Source: Chrysomallon squamiferum
Taxonomy: Eukaryota; Animalia; Mollusca
Direction of reading: 5' to 3'
Assembly (NCBI GenBank): GCA_012295275.1
Contig: CM022670.1
Coordinates: forward strand, 28,892,001-28,956,000
Length of the DNA stretch: 64,000 nt
Part shown: positions 39,381-55,006 of the stretch, one piece after another
How the letters are laid out: every line of letters begins with the position of its first letter
How positions within the stretch are numbered: the stretch's first letter is position 1
The notes under the pieces: model-generated
Told to the model about the DNA's origin: nothing
What the model saw: only the letters and a program-made list of their open reading frames with translations
Databases searched by the model: none
Translations under genes and position numbers: made by a program

Positions 39381-42300
39381 ACCACAAAAAAAAGTGAAAA
39401 ATACAACTTATTCTGATTATACTTGCAATTGAAGTATTAACGAAAGTAACATCCACATCTACAATACTGCGTTTCGCATAATGAACGACTTTACTTTCCA
39501 TACAACGAGCTGTTAATATGACAATGACGAAACCGAGAAAATTGGCAGATGTATTTAATATGAACAACAGTAAATTTTTCTTTGTCAATAACGTTTGATT
39601 CGTATATCTGAGAAAACTGTCTAAACTTTTAAAAAAATGAATAATCACTTTTTTAGTTATCATTTTATGACAGTAAATCTAGTAAAACCAGCAGATTATT
39701 CCCTGTGAGTGTATGTGTGTGTGTGTGGAGGATTTTTGTAAAAAGAACTAAAAATAATCACCGAATCTTTTCTTCTTTTTTTTCTTTTCTTTCAGTGTTG
39801 TTTTATTTTTAAAAAAGCGTTTTATAACTGGCAGATAGCTTAAAAATGAACCCGGTTGTGAGGTGTTAATGAAACTATTGATAATCAGTTCTTTTTACTT
39901 CACTGTCAACCTTTTGACATTCATATTTAACGGTTCGTGTTTGTGTATGGAAGGGCTGCGATAAATGTTTAACGCGACAGATTATTGCTACTGTTTCACT
40001 AACACAACTCAGAAACTGGCATATCACTCAGTAATAACAACATTCATTGTACATTAAAAGAGGCGCGTGGGAAGTGTCTAGTGGGAAGTTTAACACAATC
40101 GGCAAGGTGTTTCGCGAAATGGCAATCTCTCGCAGTCAGTCGTCTGCAGTTTCGCTTAAACCGCCCTGACGCATTTATTCAACAAAGTTAATTAGCAGAC
40201 GTGAATCTGGCACGCGTTTCAACAGTCAACGCAGACGTAGACACTAATAACATTTGTTGTTTACATTCATGATATGACAGTCAGGTGTTTGAATAACACA
40301 TTAGCACTGACCAAAGTGTCGTCTGCTACGACTAAAAAACGGAAATTGATATGTGACATTTATTACTTTCTGTGAAATAACAGGGCGGTAGCCGTAGGTG
40401 ATTTTTGTTCGTTGAAGGTAATTTACATAACATTGCCGGATCTCAGTTTCAATACAAGCTTTTGCTTTTTAATATATCACGTAATTAATATTTTATATAT
40501 TCCCCTTCATGCAATATTAGCTAATATGGTGCAAATACACATAATAATGAAGTAGTATCTGAAAAGTTTTGAGTGGTGAAAGAAAAACCCAGATTTACGA
40601 ATCTACGATGTTTTTGAAAAACAACACCTCTCATACACACCCCCATACAACCACCACCCCCACACACATAATTATTATTCCAATGAAATAAACAATTACA
40701 TTTTTAAAATGTTAAAAACTTCTCTGTGCAGGATTATATTATAAAGTTTTGACATTTTAAATAGTGGATGCTTGCGCTTATTAGATGTAAACTAAGAAAA
40801 CAAGATGGATAAACAATGAAACAAAAATACAAGAAACCTAGCTAGAACTAAGATACGATCCATGTATTTCTTATTCTAAACCCTATGAAGCAACCCAAAA
40901 TTAGAATTTATTTGAAGTGAAAATGTTGACATTATTATTTCTTTTGAAACCTTGGCGTTTTCTACAAGCGGCTGGAACGAGAGGCTCGTCTAGCGAAGTG
41001 AGAACGTTCTTGAACAGATCTTGTCGACAAGTCTTACATTATTCTTGCTAAATATTCTCAGCCTGAGACGGATTTTCGAGGATAAGCTGTATTATATCAG
41101 CAAGGCGATGGGTGCCAATTACGGAATAATTGGCTCTTTCGCCGCGATATCCTGCCTGTTGTAGGAGTCTTGTATGGCCGCAAGTGTCCGCCGCTGATCA
41201 ACAAATAACTTAATTGCAATGCAAATTTTTCTGCGTCGTGTTATTTACGTCACTCAGCAAACCGCTGCAATTCTGGCATGGCAGCGTGAAACAATTGCCT
41301 CAGTGAACCAGTTGGTGGTTATTTAATTAGAGAAACCGTAGGAGATATTGTTTTTAACAGAGTGGAGGGCGAATAGGTCGACATGCAGAGAGGGAGAGAG
41401 ATTTTAAAAAGCAGGTGGATAAGCAAATATAAAGTAAAGTAGGAGACTGGAAAACACTGAGGCAAGGATGTAGACGTGAAGGCCAGCGATATGAGCAGGT
41501 GGCACGAATAAGAAGGCAAGGAGATAAGAAGGAGGCAATTAGTTCGGTAAGAAACCTAACGGATAAGCACGGAGAGAGGAAGGCAGGAATAAAGATATTA
41601 GATAAGCTAGGACGAAACAAGACAGAAATAAAAAACTGAAAACAGATCCATATGAAGCACACAGGTGTATGTTTGCCTGTTTTGAATAACAACCCAGCTA
41701 AAAAAAAGGAAAAGACATACATTAATTCGGACACTGCAGTATTCAACATTATGTCGTCCGAGGAAAAAGAACAATCAATAAAAAATACTTCATAAAAATA
41801 GAAGGAAGAAAAAAACCTCTTGTAAAATGTAAAACAAAGAAAATTATTGTTTAATGATAAACGATGTAATCCATGTGAAATTAATATAACTATGTATAAA
41901 CATACATACACACACATCATCACACTCACTCACACATACTTTTATTATTATGAAAGACTGCTAGGACCTAGGTATACAATATATATATATATATATATCT
42001 GTTTCCAAGGGTATAGTTCAAAGGTCGCAAAGAAGTAAGCATAACTGACGTATATTATAATCATACTTTGTTTAAATATTTCAATGTGGCAGTTCAGTAG
42101 AAAATGATACTCGTTGTAAGGTTGCTACTGATTTAGTTTTCGTCGCTGTCGTTGATCAGCTAAAAAGTAATTAAAAACCTACGAATAGAGAGTGTTAATT
42201 TCGAGCTGTGGCTTTTTTATAATATATTTTTTTATTTTTTATTTTTTATTACAGAAAATAAATTTTCGATTTAATTGGCATCGAAATGAAGTTGAAAGAA

Positions 42301-42427
42301 AGGCTAAAAACAGACGTTTTCGCGATAAAAGTTCAGCGAGCACTTGCAAGATTTCAAATTAATTTAATTTTAGTAGTAATAGCACAATCAATGTCAACAA
42401 AAATAGAAAAAAATGAGAGAGAGAGAA

Positions 42428-42521
<94 letters not shown>

Positions 42522-43094
42522 GATGGAACAAGAGACGGGGAAAGAGATAGTGACACGAATCTAGGACAAAAAGTCACAATTTTTATTAAGAAATATATTA
42601 GCAATGAAAGATAGATTAAACACATTTTGTCAGAGATTTTTTGTTAATGTTCTTTGATTTTTCTATGTTGGTGGTTTAGGCTATTCCCGGGTCCTGGCAG
42701 CTTGGTCTTTCATCGAGTTGCACATTTTGGCGAGACGGACGTGGCTGTGGTGTTGAACTGCTTCTGAGAGCTCTCTCTATATAAGTCTGTTATCATAGAA
42801 CCTCGACAATTACCACTAGATCTTTTGACGCATTTCCACCACAACTTTGTTTTGCGAGTTGCATGTTTGGTATGCATGAATCCCTCATAACAGATTTGTT
42901 ACCATCCTTATTGCTATGAATAACTTCCATATTAAACATACTTCTGATACTAGAGCAAGCTGGAGAATATATAGTGAAACACCTTTTAACCTGGGTCACT
43001 TATAAATAATTTACAATAGGAAGCTCTTAGTTTAAATCTGTGCTATTCAATAAGCTAGAGCCAAGCATCACTTCAGCACAATATGAAGATTCAC

Positions 43095-43256
43095 TTTTTC
43101 CGATCAGCAGTTAGGAATCTTTTGTATGCACCGTATCACAGTTAGGATAGTACACACAACGGCTTTTGTTAGTTACACATCACTACCTGGATCTAGAAAC
43201 AAATCAAGAGGGATCGATCCAGTGACAACTGACACAATTCTTACCACTGAGGCTAA
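43095..43256 (-). mobile_element. tRNA-SINE relic (same type as 26034-26365)
   Basis: Reverse complement reads tagcctcagtggtaag...ggatcgatccc...tttctagatccag...ggtgcatacaaaagattcctaactgctgatcggaaaa. Confidence 0.65.
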
Positions 43257-45767
43257 TGGGGGGGATAATCCACAATTTCTAACAAATACATTTTTTGTCT
43301 GACAGTCAAGTTAAAAAATGTTCTTTTAAAAGGTAGAAATGCTTGACAAGAAAGGACGGTCCAAGAATCATTTTTTTTGTTGTTGTTTTTGTTTTTTGTT
43401 TTGCCTTCTTCAAAGTACACAAGATAAATAAAATTCGATTTCCTGTAATAATATCGCTTCTATTTTCATCAGCTCTGACATATTATTTTCATTATCAAAC
43501 AGCCATTTTATTATTTTGATAAACAAGCCGATGCCATTAATAGCATTCAGGTAGCACGGTCTGTAAATATGTATTCCACAATGAAATTACGAACAAAAGG
43601 TTCTGTCTACGGCCTGCATGATTGATAGGTGTAAAATCGTAAACAGAAACTTGTTTCTTTTGGGAATTTATTTCGCTATTTTAATCATAATAATGTCAGT
43701 ATCGGTTTCATTTCTGAAAAAGATCCACTGAAATACGATATTAGGGAAAACAAGACTAAGCGATTTCAAACCAGTATTAATATCAAGGTATCCCTTGGTA
43801 ACGTAACTACACTGCTATAGTCTGCGCTTAAAATAACCAGTGAAATCAAAGATTACATGCGATTTGCTTCGGTGTTATAATATACTGCGCATGACTGGAT
43901 GGTTTTAAGCCTATTATGTTTCTTATTAACACGAATTACTTTTTATCGGGCAACACAAGGAAATGATGACTCCTATTGTCAGAGAAATCTCAGAGCTTGA
44001 TTCATGTATAATAGAATACATTTTATTTAGAAAAAGTGTTTCTATTTCCCGTTCTAACTGGGACTTAAATACCCTTGTTTCAGAAATGTTCACTTGTGTT
44101 GTCTGGTTACACTGACCTTTATTAGACATTATAGTTTAGAATATGCCATCTTATTATGACCTTTGTTAGTTATTTCCCTTCCCAGAAACTACAAAATATC
44201 CGTGTTTCAAAATATTATAATGTGCTTTTTTAATAATCGGAGCCCATTTAATATGAAGTGTTGTGATTGCCGTTTCGAACTAAAACTCAATAACACATGG
44301 TTCAAAAATTTAGCTTATCCTTTTCCGATAATAGAAAAAATAATAATAATAACAAATAAATAAAAAATAATAACAAAAATAAATAAATAACAAAAATAAA
44401 TAAATAAATAAATAAATTGAAACAAAGAAAAAAATCAACAACCTTTACTTTTACAGACTAAAGGGGGGGAAAAAGCATATATAAAAAATAAAAATAAAAG
44501 TCTTTAATCACTATCATAATTGTATATCACCAGTTTTGTTCTTCATCTTGTTGCTTATTTCTAGTTCTAGATACCCTTGTTGTTTTCAACACAAAACTAT
44601 ATTTAACTAAACAGCCCTAAATCACATTAACAATGAGTATCACTATTGTCGCTTTTCAATAAGTATTATGTAAAGGAATCTAATTTTCTAACCCTGACGG
44701 GAAATCTTTGAAGTGAATTATATATTAACACATCAAACAGCTTACAGATAATAAATCATTAATATTATGAGGTTAATAATAATGAAATAAGATAAAAATT
44801 AATAAATAAAATAAAAAACGAAAAAGATAAATAAATAAATGTGGTCTCTTTTACACTGACAACTGTAATTTTTTTTTTTTAATTGCTGTTATTTATATTA
44901 GCATGCTGACAATAGTGTACACAGTAAAAATATATATTATAAACGTAATAAAAACATTGTTTAATAAACACGTAATTTATGTGCAGGTAGGAACGATGAG
45001 ATATGTTTTACTGATATCTAAGTTCAAGTAATGAAAAGAGTATGTAATAAATAACACAAGTGAGTGATGTGAAAGATGTCACCTCGACGTCTGGCGATAT
45101 TTCTCATAAAGTGTTACTGTTAATTAGAAAGTCTATCTTCCTGCGATCAAGGGGACATTTTTTTAATTAACATAGAATTATTTAATAAATGTTTATTATT
45201 ATTATTATTATTATTATTATTTACTTTTTTATCAGTTCTGACTATCTCTATGTGTATCAATCTCTCTGATGCATGTCATGTCAATCCGTCTATCAAACAT
45301 GCACAGCTATCGTTGTCTGTCGGTATCGATATGCGACAGCAATACTTACTACGTTCATTTCAAGGTCTTTACGACACCGTAAATTCTACAGGAAGTATTA
45401 TTAATTCTCTTTTCTGACAAAATACTTTCAAACACCTTACACTGTTGATTACGTTCTGTTATCTAACTTCCTACAAAGGAAAACAAAAGGCTAAGAGATT
45501 TTCTTTCCTTACTTTATTTTTCTTCTTTTTCCTAAATTAATCTCACGTTTTTTCCGTTTTTTCGGAGAAGTGGAATTGCTATGAGCTGTAGGCTAGGTTA
45601 CATTCGGATATCGTGTGGCAATGATTGTAATTCATGTGTTATCAGTTCTTTTTAATACCATAAAAATAAATACAAAAATACCATCTGATGAAACTGAAAA
45701 TAGATAATCAAAATAAATTAGAAAAAATGAAAGCATGAAATAAAATAAAACAAAACGAAAACAAATA

Positions 45768-45806
<39 letters not shown>

Positions 45807-48800
45807 GATGATGATGATGATGATGATGATGGTGATGATGATAATGATGATGAAATATGTATTAACTTCAAAAAGAATAAGTGAGAGTCAGTAATAAGGT
45901 AATAATATATAACCACCGTATTTTACTATCAATTATTAGCAGGTTAAAACACAAGTTTTGTGTAACGAAGAGGAAAGCCAAAACCCCATAAGCAACTGTT
46001 ATTAGCAAGCATCGAAGGCTCTTTCTGTGCAACTTCCCATACAAAGGAAAATACTTCTCACTAATTGTGGAGCAAATGACAAGAACTGCTAACAGCTCGA
46101 TAAAAATGCCGAGAACTGATCCTAGAACCATTCATTCGTCATGCATACCCAGCTACAGACTTGTCCTACTCTCGGTCAAATGGGTCACGGTATTAATAAC
46201 ATTATTATTGAATATCGGCAAGTTTCATTATCACTCATTTCAATAGAATGACGTGCGTTATTTTCACACCTAATGCAATAAAAACTCAGGTATGACACAT
46301 TAAAACAACAACAATATCGATATTAACACTAAGGTGTTGATATAACACGGATTAGCAGTTCTCTGGATTCGCCTGTAATCACATTTTTTCTTCTCTTTTT
46401 TTTTGCAATATGTTCGTGTAACACGTGTGTAAGCAAGGAACAGATGTTTTAGTCTGTTGTAGAATATGCACATCTCTCTTTTTAATTATCTGTATTAGTT
46501 AGTGTAGTAATATCGCTTTTAATAACATGACGCAAGTGTATTTCGCTAATTAATGAAGTGTTTAATAAAGTTTATATAAAGTATATATATTTCATATTTA
46601 ACATTTATTATGTAACAGCAAGTTCTTGGAAAATTGTTTTTCAAAGAGCTATTTCCCGTTCTAGCTAGAACTCGAAGGCCTTTTAATATGATAACACAAA
46701 CAGATAAACAGAGAAAGAGAAAAATACGGGGACAGAGACTGAGAGAGACACATAGAGACGGGTATAACCATTTCGCTGTGAACAGCGTGTCGTGTAGGTT
46801 TTATATAAATTTACGAGACGCAAACTAAATTTTATCATTAAGATTAGTTAATTTAAAGGAAATGATATAAACAGACGGTAACACCATAACGTCCTCTTTC
46901 AACAGTCAAGAAGCAGAAACCAAATAAACAGAATGCAAAAACCGAGATCTTTTGAAATTTAAATCGTGTGATAATAAAAATAATAAGTTACCCTTTCTTT
47001 TCAGAAATCCTCTTTATGTTAGAACACTGCGGGCCGTAAACAAAATTATATCCTCTTGGGAACACGAGCAGTTCTTGTCAACCAAATGTTTGAGTGAGAT
47101 GGAAATGAGTTCCCTAGTGTGTTAACATTAGTTTTCATTTACACCTGAAGTCGGCAGATATTAACGCTGGCTGGTGAGTTTTTAGAAAATATAAGAGCTT
47201 TGATAGCATTTGCAGTCGTGCAGAAAATCCCACGAGGATTCGGCTATTTGACTGTACGTTAGACACTGTAGAAAGAGTTTTAACGATTTATATACGGCAT
47301 TAGGAAGTTGCCAGCGTATAAAAAAATATATCTTATAAACAACTGTATTAACATAAAAAAAACATACTCTTTTTTATTATTATACTGTTTTAAATTTATT
47401 ATTAGTATTGTTGTTACCATCATTATCATAACTATAATAATTAGTATTACTATTATTGTTGTTGTTGTTGTTTGTGTTGTTACTGTTGTTACTGCATCAA
47501 TTTCTGTTATTATTATCTTTTGCTTAATAATATAATGCAGAGAGTTAAAAACAGAATTCAGCATTAAAAACAATGTTTTCCGTCAAAACAAGTAACACTT
47601 TTGGATCATTAATGGCTATCATTTTCCTTTCAAATTAAAAACTGCCATATTTCACAAATAAAATTAGATTCGTGGGCGAGAGAACACATCACTTCTGATG
47701 AATTGGCGTGTATCAGTTACAAGCTGATGTGAAGTTTCCATGGATTGATGAGTTTAATGAGTTCTTATTCTGAAATACTTTTCAATACCTTTGCAAAACA
47801 ATTTTTTTTTCCTTTTCTCTTTTTTCCTTTTCTGATTTTTCTTCTTTTTATTCAAAAAAACAACAACATAAAAAAAGAAAAATAGAAAAACAACAAACAC
47901 ACAAAAAACCCACCAAAACAAACAAATAAAAACAATGATGGTGTGTATATAAATATACAGCAATATATATAAAATATTCCTAGTTTCTGATAACTGTAGT
48001 CTAATAATTGTGTTGTGTGTGGGCGTGCGTGCGTGCCTGCGTGCGAACTGACATTTATACACGATCTCATTTTTGTTTTAGACAAACAAGTTATATATAC
48101 ATATATACACACACAGACACACATATATACATACATACAGACTCACACACAAATATACACACTCAAATACATATACACACTCAAATACATATACACTCAA
48201 ATACATATACACTCAAAGATACACACTCAAATATTTACATGCATACAAGGTATCTACAAACATTTCTGAAGCGTTTGCTTAAAAATCACTTAAATATTAA
48301 ATGACACAAGTGTTTTATGACAGAATAAATACATTTTTTAAAATCTCAGTAAACTATTATCCTTTCGTTTCTAGCTTCTGAGTTATTCTAGCTGTACATA
48401 AATCTGTTATTTCCACATGACATATCTAATTCTTTTACGTTTTCTCTTACAAATTTAAGTATACAGTTTCCTCGATTATTCCTTGAAAATGAGATATGCA
48501 GTGTAACAGTATTGTCTAAACTGTTACTCAATATTTATACCGTTTGTTTCACTCTCGTTTCTCGCTGTGAGAGTTTTCTATTTAATTGTTAGCTGGAAGA
48601 TCACTGACTGCTACAGTCAAAGGATCATTCGTACGTCCATTAAAATTTTAGTACCGTTTTCTTTTCTCAGATCTGAATTTTCTTTGTAAGATGTTAGAAA
48701 TCAAACGGCCGGTGTAGGACCAAAAAAAATCCATTATAGTATTCGTGAACAGTTAGATGATGATGACGACCATGATTGCGACGACGATGATGATATTTAC

Positions 48801-48966
48801 GATGCTAATGATGATCATTATCATAAAGAATAACAACAACATCAAAGCATAACAAAAATATAAAAAGAAATTAATTTTGACTGATTGTAATACTGTAAAT
48901 GAGCCTTTTCACTAAAAAATAAATGATCTGGATCAGATATAATTCCGTATCTGAATTTAATTTCTG

Positions 48967-48997
<31 letters not shown>

Positions 48998-50034
48998 TTA
49001 TTTTCTTTGACTATTCGTTCATTTATCCATTTGACCAAAATACAGTTCCGATATATGGAGATTATCTTCCGTTGGACGCCCAAACTGTAATACATCATTG
49101 ACCTGTTAATAGTTAATTACCGTTAATAATAGCAAACAGGAATGATCTCAGTAACGGTTGCAGCTGTTTTAGACTTTGGCAAATAGAAATTACATCGTTC
49201 ATTTGTGTATTTATCACATAGATCGAAACTAATGTATCTACATCAGCGGTTTATTTCACAATTCTAGCCAGTGGTTCACCACAGCTGCATAGGTATACGG
49301 TAATAAATAATGTAATATTTAGTCATCTAATCTTGTATATTATTTTACCATTTCCATTACAGGCAGTTGGTCTGTATAGCATGGCCATTAATCATTAAAT
49401 ACTCATTAACTACAGTTCATGACCAATAAGTGACGATGCTTTAAATAGATAATGACATCCTGAAGATATATTTAATGTTATGTGCTTTTATTATTATTAT
49501 TATCATTATTATTATTATTATTATTACTACTACTACTAGTACTACTAATACTACTAGTACTACTAGTACTACTGCAGAAGGATATATTAATAGCTGTTTT
49601 ACATTAAGACTATTTATTTATGACTTGTTTCTGAATTGTATGTGCATCAGAATAATTATCATCGTGACGTTTTTTCCTGATAACAATTACTCTGAAATGG
49701 TAATAGAATCACTTTTTTACCAGTTTACACGTAGGTCCAGAGAATCAGCGAATTTCTTATCAATATATCACAAGTGAGATTTGTCAGTTTTAGTCAGAGC
49801 TAGTATAAATAAAATGATCTATTAATGAAGACTTCCAGGGATGATCGCTATCACTGATATTTCGTTGTCATATAATGTGTCGAAAGAACATCTACAAAAT
49901 AAAATTTTCTTTGGAAACGATTCATAACATTTTACTGCGAGCCACTGTTAAAATACAATACAAAATTGATATGCATTGTTAATATTATAATTTTTAAACA
50001 GCGATGCATTAATACATTTTACAAATCTAACTGT

Positions 50035-50305
50035 TAACAAACACATACAAATTGAAATATTACAGTTACATATATATTTTAAATAACAGGCTATCATAAA
50101 CACATACAAGTTGAAATATTACAGTTATACATATTTTAAACAACAGGCTATCATAGACGCATACAAGTTGAAATATTACAGTTATACATATTTTAAATAA
50201 CAGGCTATCATAGACGCATACAAGTTGAAATATTACTGTTACAGCATTTAAATAACAGTTACTATAAACGTTAGTTGAAATATTACGTGTTGTAAATTTT
50301 AAATA
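50035..50305. repeat. ~59-bp tandem repeat, 4-5 copies
   Basis: catacaagttgaaatattacagttatacatattttaaataacaggctatcata repeated. Confidence 0.9.
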
Positions 50306-51494
50306 TCAGACAACCAAAAGCGCAAGGGAAGTTTCTACCCACACGATGTTCTGTGACAGCTAAGATTCTAACAACTATCTGTTTCACTTAACTATCAAAA
50401 CTTCGTGGACTGATTAAATGCTGTTTGCCAGGTCACTGTCCTAAATAATTAACAATCGCACATCTGCCTACGATTGTACATAACTCGGTTATAAGCAGTT
50501 CTATTGTGGTGTTCCATACAGGCTTAATAACATTTATGTTTGTTTGGCTTAATAACATTTATGTTTGTTTGTCTTAAAGACGTCAAAAGGATCACTATCG
50601 CGAAACCTTTCAGTCTTAAATATGAAGATATGTCAACAGCTAATGGCCAAATGTTTCAACGATTATTTCATGTCTGGACCCATGCGTCCCTGTGATTAAT
50701 TCTGACTGTCATTTCAGAGCTTTAGATCATTCTAGGCGAACAAACGAACAATATAAAGAAGGAAGTATACAAGGATATATGGAGGGATAAAAGAAAAAGA
50801 AAAGATCTTCAAAAATTTACAATAGCAGCAAAAAAGAAAGATGAGTCAATCGTATCTAATTTATTTCACTCAGACCAAATTCTTGGTGTCTGATATTAAA
50901 AATTACTTCACAGAGATCTTTTCATTTTACTTTTCACATTTCAAGTACTCTCGGGCTACTTACAGTACTAACTGAACTTATTTGAAATCTTGACTTAATC
51001 AGCTTAAGGACAAATTGTTGTAATATTGTTAGTGTATTTGCATTTTGCAAGGCATTATCAATAGTAATTACCACTATTTAGTTTCTAATTCTTGCTCTGT
51101 TTGCACTCGTAAAAACTGTCCTCAATAAAAAAATCTCGTCAAAGTGCAAATAGTTCGATTATTTTCATCTTCTAGAAGTCGTTATCAAGTAAATTTAGCC
51201 ATTGTACACTTTGAAAATCTTATTTCATTCTTAATCTTTTCGCGCAGCTATCTGGAAAAAAAGTAGCAATTGTACTTGTATGAAAATATAGGGTTTATTC
51301 CCGATTCTGGCATTCCCGAGATTATAACACATCTTAATTGGACACACCAGTTGTTCCATTTCTGGCAGTTTACTGCTCACCCTTACTAATTGGTGTTCAG
51401 TCACCTTAATTGATGGCCCATCACCTTAATTGATGCACTTTTGTTAAACAGAATTTTTTCCACGATTTGAAAGCACATTCAGTCACACTTTACA

Positions 51495-52000
51495 CACGAA
51501 ATGTCCCAGAAGCACTCCACCGCAAGCTGACAAGTAGGAAGCCGTGTCCCGGGTACACGTGACGTACTTCAATCTCAGCTGGAAGAGCTTGTGCTTGTCT
51601 TCTGGTAGTGTTTCCTGTCTCCAAATTTTACTGAGATATAACATTAATTTCATGTCTCCAAACATTAATTTTCTTGCAGTCTCTATTCCGGCTCACCTCT
51701 GCTCTTCACTGCTCATTAAGGTTAATCTCGTTAATCGCCCCATCTGTTCTTCACACATCGCGTTATCCCCATGCGTCTAAATTGGCCTTAATTGCTCACG
51801 CCAGTTTTCCCATTTCTGTAAGCGGATTAGAAGACCTCACCGCTTACCTAATCTGGAGACTGCCAGTTTTGGGAACATACCAAAATGGTGACCAGGAAGA
51901 AGCAATTGGAATGTTTAACTTATTTGTTCAGCAACTTATTGAGAATTATAACTGGGAAAAGAATTTGCGGCATTTGTGGACTTAGAACAAACAGTTTGAG
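51495..52000. mobile_element. Decayed LINE (RTE/CR1-like) reverse transcriptase relic with internal inversion
   Basis: Minus strand gives LSKIWRQETLPED and LSACGGVL; plus strand gives PGRS, VQQLIENY and AFVDLEQ, matching the IPEDW, LLS..KVL, PGRST, RQL.EK and AFVDLEKAFD motifs of non-LTR RTs, with frameshifts. Confidence 0.55.
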
Positions 52001-53689
52001 CATTTTACTTCATTTGCATTCTTCAAGACATTTACAAGTATAATTAGCGTTTGCATTGACAGAAAATCTTGACAGAGTACAGACATACGGAATATTTAAT
52101 CTGTTTGCGTTTGCAAGTCATTTAGCAGTACAGGTATAATGAACAACCATTACGAATTATAACTAATAATTTTATTTATCACAAATGCTGTTGGCAAACA
52201 GGTAGAATGTACTACTACTTGTGTTCTGTGAGCCTTTTATAAGTATAATTAGCATATTCTTCTAATTATTATTAATTAATTAAAACAAATTATTATTATT
52301 TTTTTTTTTAATGTATTTATTTTTGGCAATCATTAAGAATTATAATTAACAACTGTACTTATTATAAATGCTGTCTAATGGTAAACAGTTGGAATATATT
52401 ATTTTGTGTTCTGGTAGTTATTAACAAATCTGTCGCTCTCTCACATTCTGTACCTGACTGTTAACTCGGCTATGCAATTCACAATTCTGCTGCTTCGTGC
52501 GCTTTTACATGACTTGTGATTTAACAAAGAAATACTCCATTGCTTTTCATTGTCACACATAAACAGACCATAGAAGAAGAAAAAAAGAAAAGATCAAAAA
52601 AACAACACATTAACAAATTCTGAACTATCAATAAATTATTCTTAACAAATCAATAAACATTTTCTCTTTCCTAATACCAAGATCATAATTAAATAATCAC
52701 CTTTATTTTGTAATAATGTTACAATTCTATGAATATCCTTTTCAGAATTAAAGTAAATACTGAAATAAATCGCCGCTATTTTTGGTTCGCCTAGTAATTT
52801 GCTGAATGCAGCAGTTTTCAGAATTAAATAATCAAAGAATGATATGGCTGTTATCTTAGATTCGTAATGTAATTTGATGAAAACTATAACTGCGTTCGTA
52901 CTTTTTCTTAAAACAAATGTTTTGTACGACAATGGTTCATTTCTGTAAGGAATTACAGCTGAATTGGTTAATATTATTTACCTACACTAATTTGAAGAAG
53001 GATTAATTCTATTTTTTATAAACTTTTTTTTCGTGTCTTTGAAAACTATATCAAAGACAAAATATATTTTTCAATCTACAACTACTCTTTTTATTTTTGC
53101 TGTTGTTCTGTTCGATAAGTTTTATTTTTCTTATCTCTTTAAAACAGTGTTTCGTTTTTATGCCTGTTAAAGAAAAATCTCTGTTTTGTATTATCAAAGA
53201 CCCTGTCTGGACTGGAACAAACGCCAACCAGGATCCGAGCCCTCAGCTGATCATAATTACTTCAGAAACTGTTTTTATTTTCCATAGATAAAAGATAACA
53301 TTAATGGATGGCCAAAGTGGTAGTTTTGTCCGCCCTCTTACTGTTAAGAATAGAGCTAAATGCATGTAACCGCCATTAGTGATGCAATGACAGAGAATTT
53401 TTTTAAATATATGACAGTGATCTCTTAACTCAGCAATTTGCATGCATATCTAAATCTGTTTTATAACACAGAATGGCAAGAAAAAGCAATCACGAAAACA
53501 TAGTGAATGTTTGTCTAGAAAGCAGCCCAGAAGATAACTGACAGTGTGTTGTGCCGAATTCATGGAAATATTAGACATCAAATTCCGGAAAATTTGTCAA
53601 AACGTGTTATGAATGGTTTGCATCGAAATAAGGGTAAATAAATCAGTCAGTAAAATACGATAAATGTTTAACATAAATTTAGGAACTCA

Positions 53690-53990
53690 GTAATCATAAA
53701 GACATTATGAATATTTGCTGTCGCGTTATATTTAAAATATATTATGTAAAATACATGAAAATGAAGTCACGAACGCATATTGAATATCGAATTCAGGAAA
53801 AAAGCAAAAACGATCATAAACATATTCTGAATTTTGAATTCAGGGGCGGTGGGAAAAATCATGAACGCATTCTGAATCATAAATTCATGAATGAAATCAG
53901 GAAGTTATTCTGACTGATGGTTTGAGAAAATAAAATCACGAAAGTAATCCAGATGTTGAATTCAGGAAAAACGAATCATGATGACATTAT
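53690..53990. repeat. Degenerate ~40-bp tandem repeat
   Basis: Recurrent aatcatgaa..cattctgaat..gaattcagga motifs. Confidence 0.55.
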
Positions 53991-54963
53991 GCCTTTCTGT
54001 CGACTTCTACTTAGCAAGAGACTGTTTCTTAACAACGGGTTCTGAATCAATACCAGAATCACGGAAATATGCGAATACATACACCGACAACCGTCTTCTT
54101 CTAAACACTCGACTTGTAACAGTTTTCTTTCTACATCAGATGTAAAACAAATGTAAATGCAATTATCTTCTCAGTTCAGAAAGTCTGTATATGTAGATTC
54201 CGATAAGTCCAAATTAACACGGAAAGTGCTTTCGTTTTGCTACAGCATCTTCGGGCAACGAACATTTTGATTAATAATGTATATATATATATCTTCAACC
54301 ATTCTGACGTCTCGAATCCTTCGAGATAGCGGTTAATAGCCTGAATAATGATAGAATTTACTGTACGGTGATGTAGATACAATAAATGTCAAAGTTTTTT
54401 TTTGTTCTTTTTAAATACTCTCTAGTTTCTGTCTTGTACACATTTACGATTTCTCAAATGTATCATAATGGTTTATATTTCTGAAAGTTTATATCTTAAT
54501 GAAAAATGAATATCGAATATTTTAATTTTTTCTCGTCAAGCAGCTACTATTGTTAAAGATATACTATTTATATATTAGAAGATATATTCATGAATAAGAG
54601 CTACAGAAAAAGAGACAGAAATATTTATAATAGATAAGTTTGTAGACTTGGTGATAGATAGATGGATAGACATATAACTAATAAAGGTTATAGAGGAGGA
54701 GATAGGAATATACATGGATAGTTTATAAAACAAACAAAACCCCCAAAGCTTAATGGAAAGATACAAAGACACAGTGATATAGATAGACAGACAAACAGAC
54801 AAAGATACAGACAGACAGGCGGTTAGACAGCGTCGGAGGCAGAGAGATACATGGATTCTGGGATACAGAGAAAAATGATATTTGTAAAAACAACAGAAAT
54901 ATTAAAACTATCAAGTTATTCAAAATAAATGCAGAATGGTGTGGTTTTTTTTTTGTTGTTTAC

Positions 54964-55006
<43 letters not shown>

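Noticed and set aside
41319-41929. 191-aa hydrophobic minus-strand ORF
   Set aside because: Arises from purine-skewed low-complexity sequence; no motif or splice support
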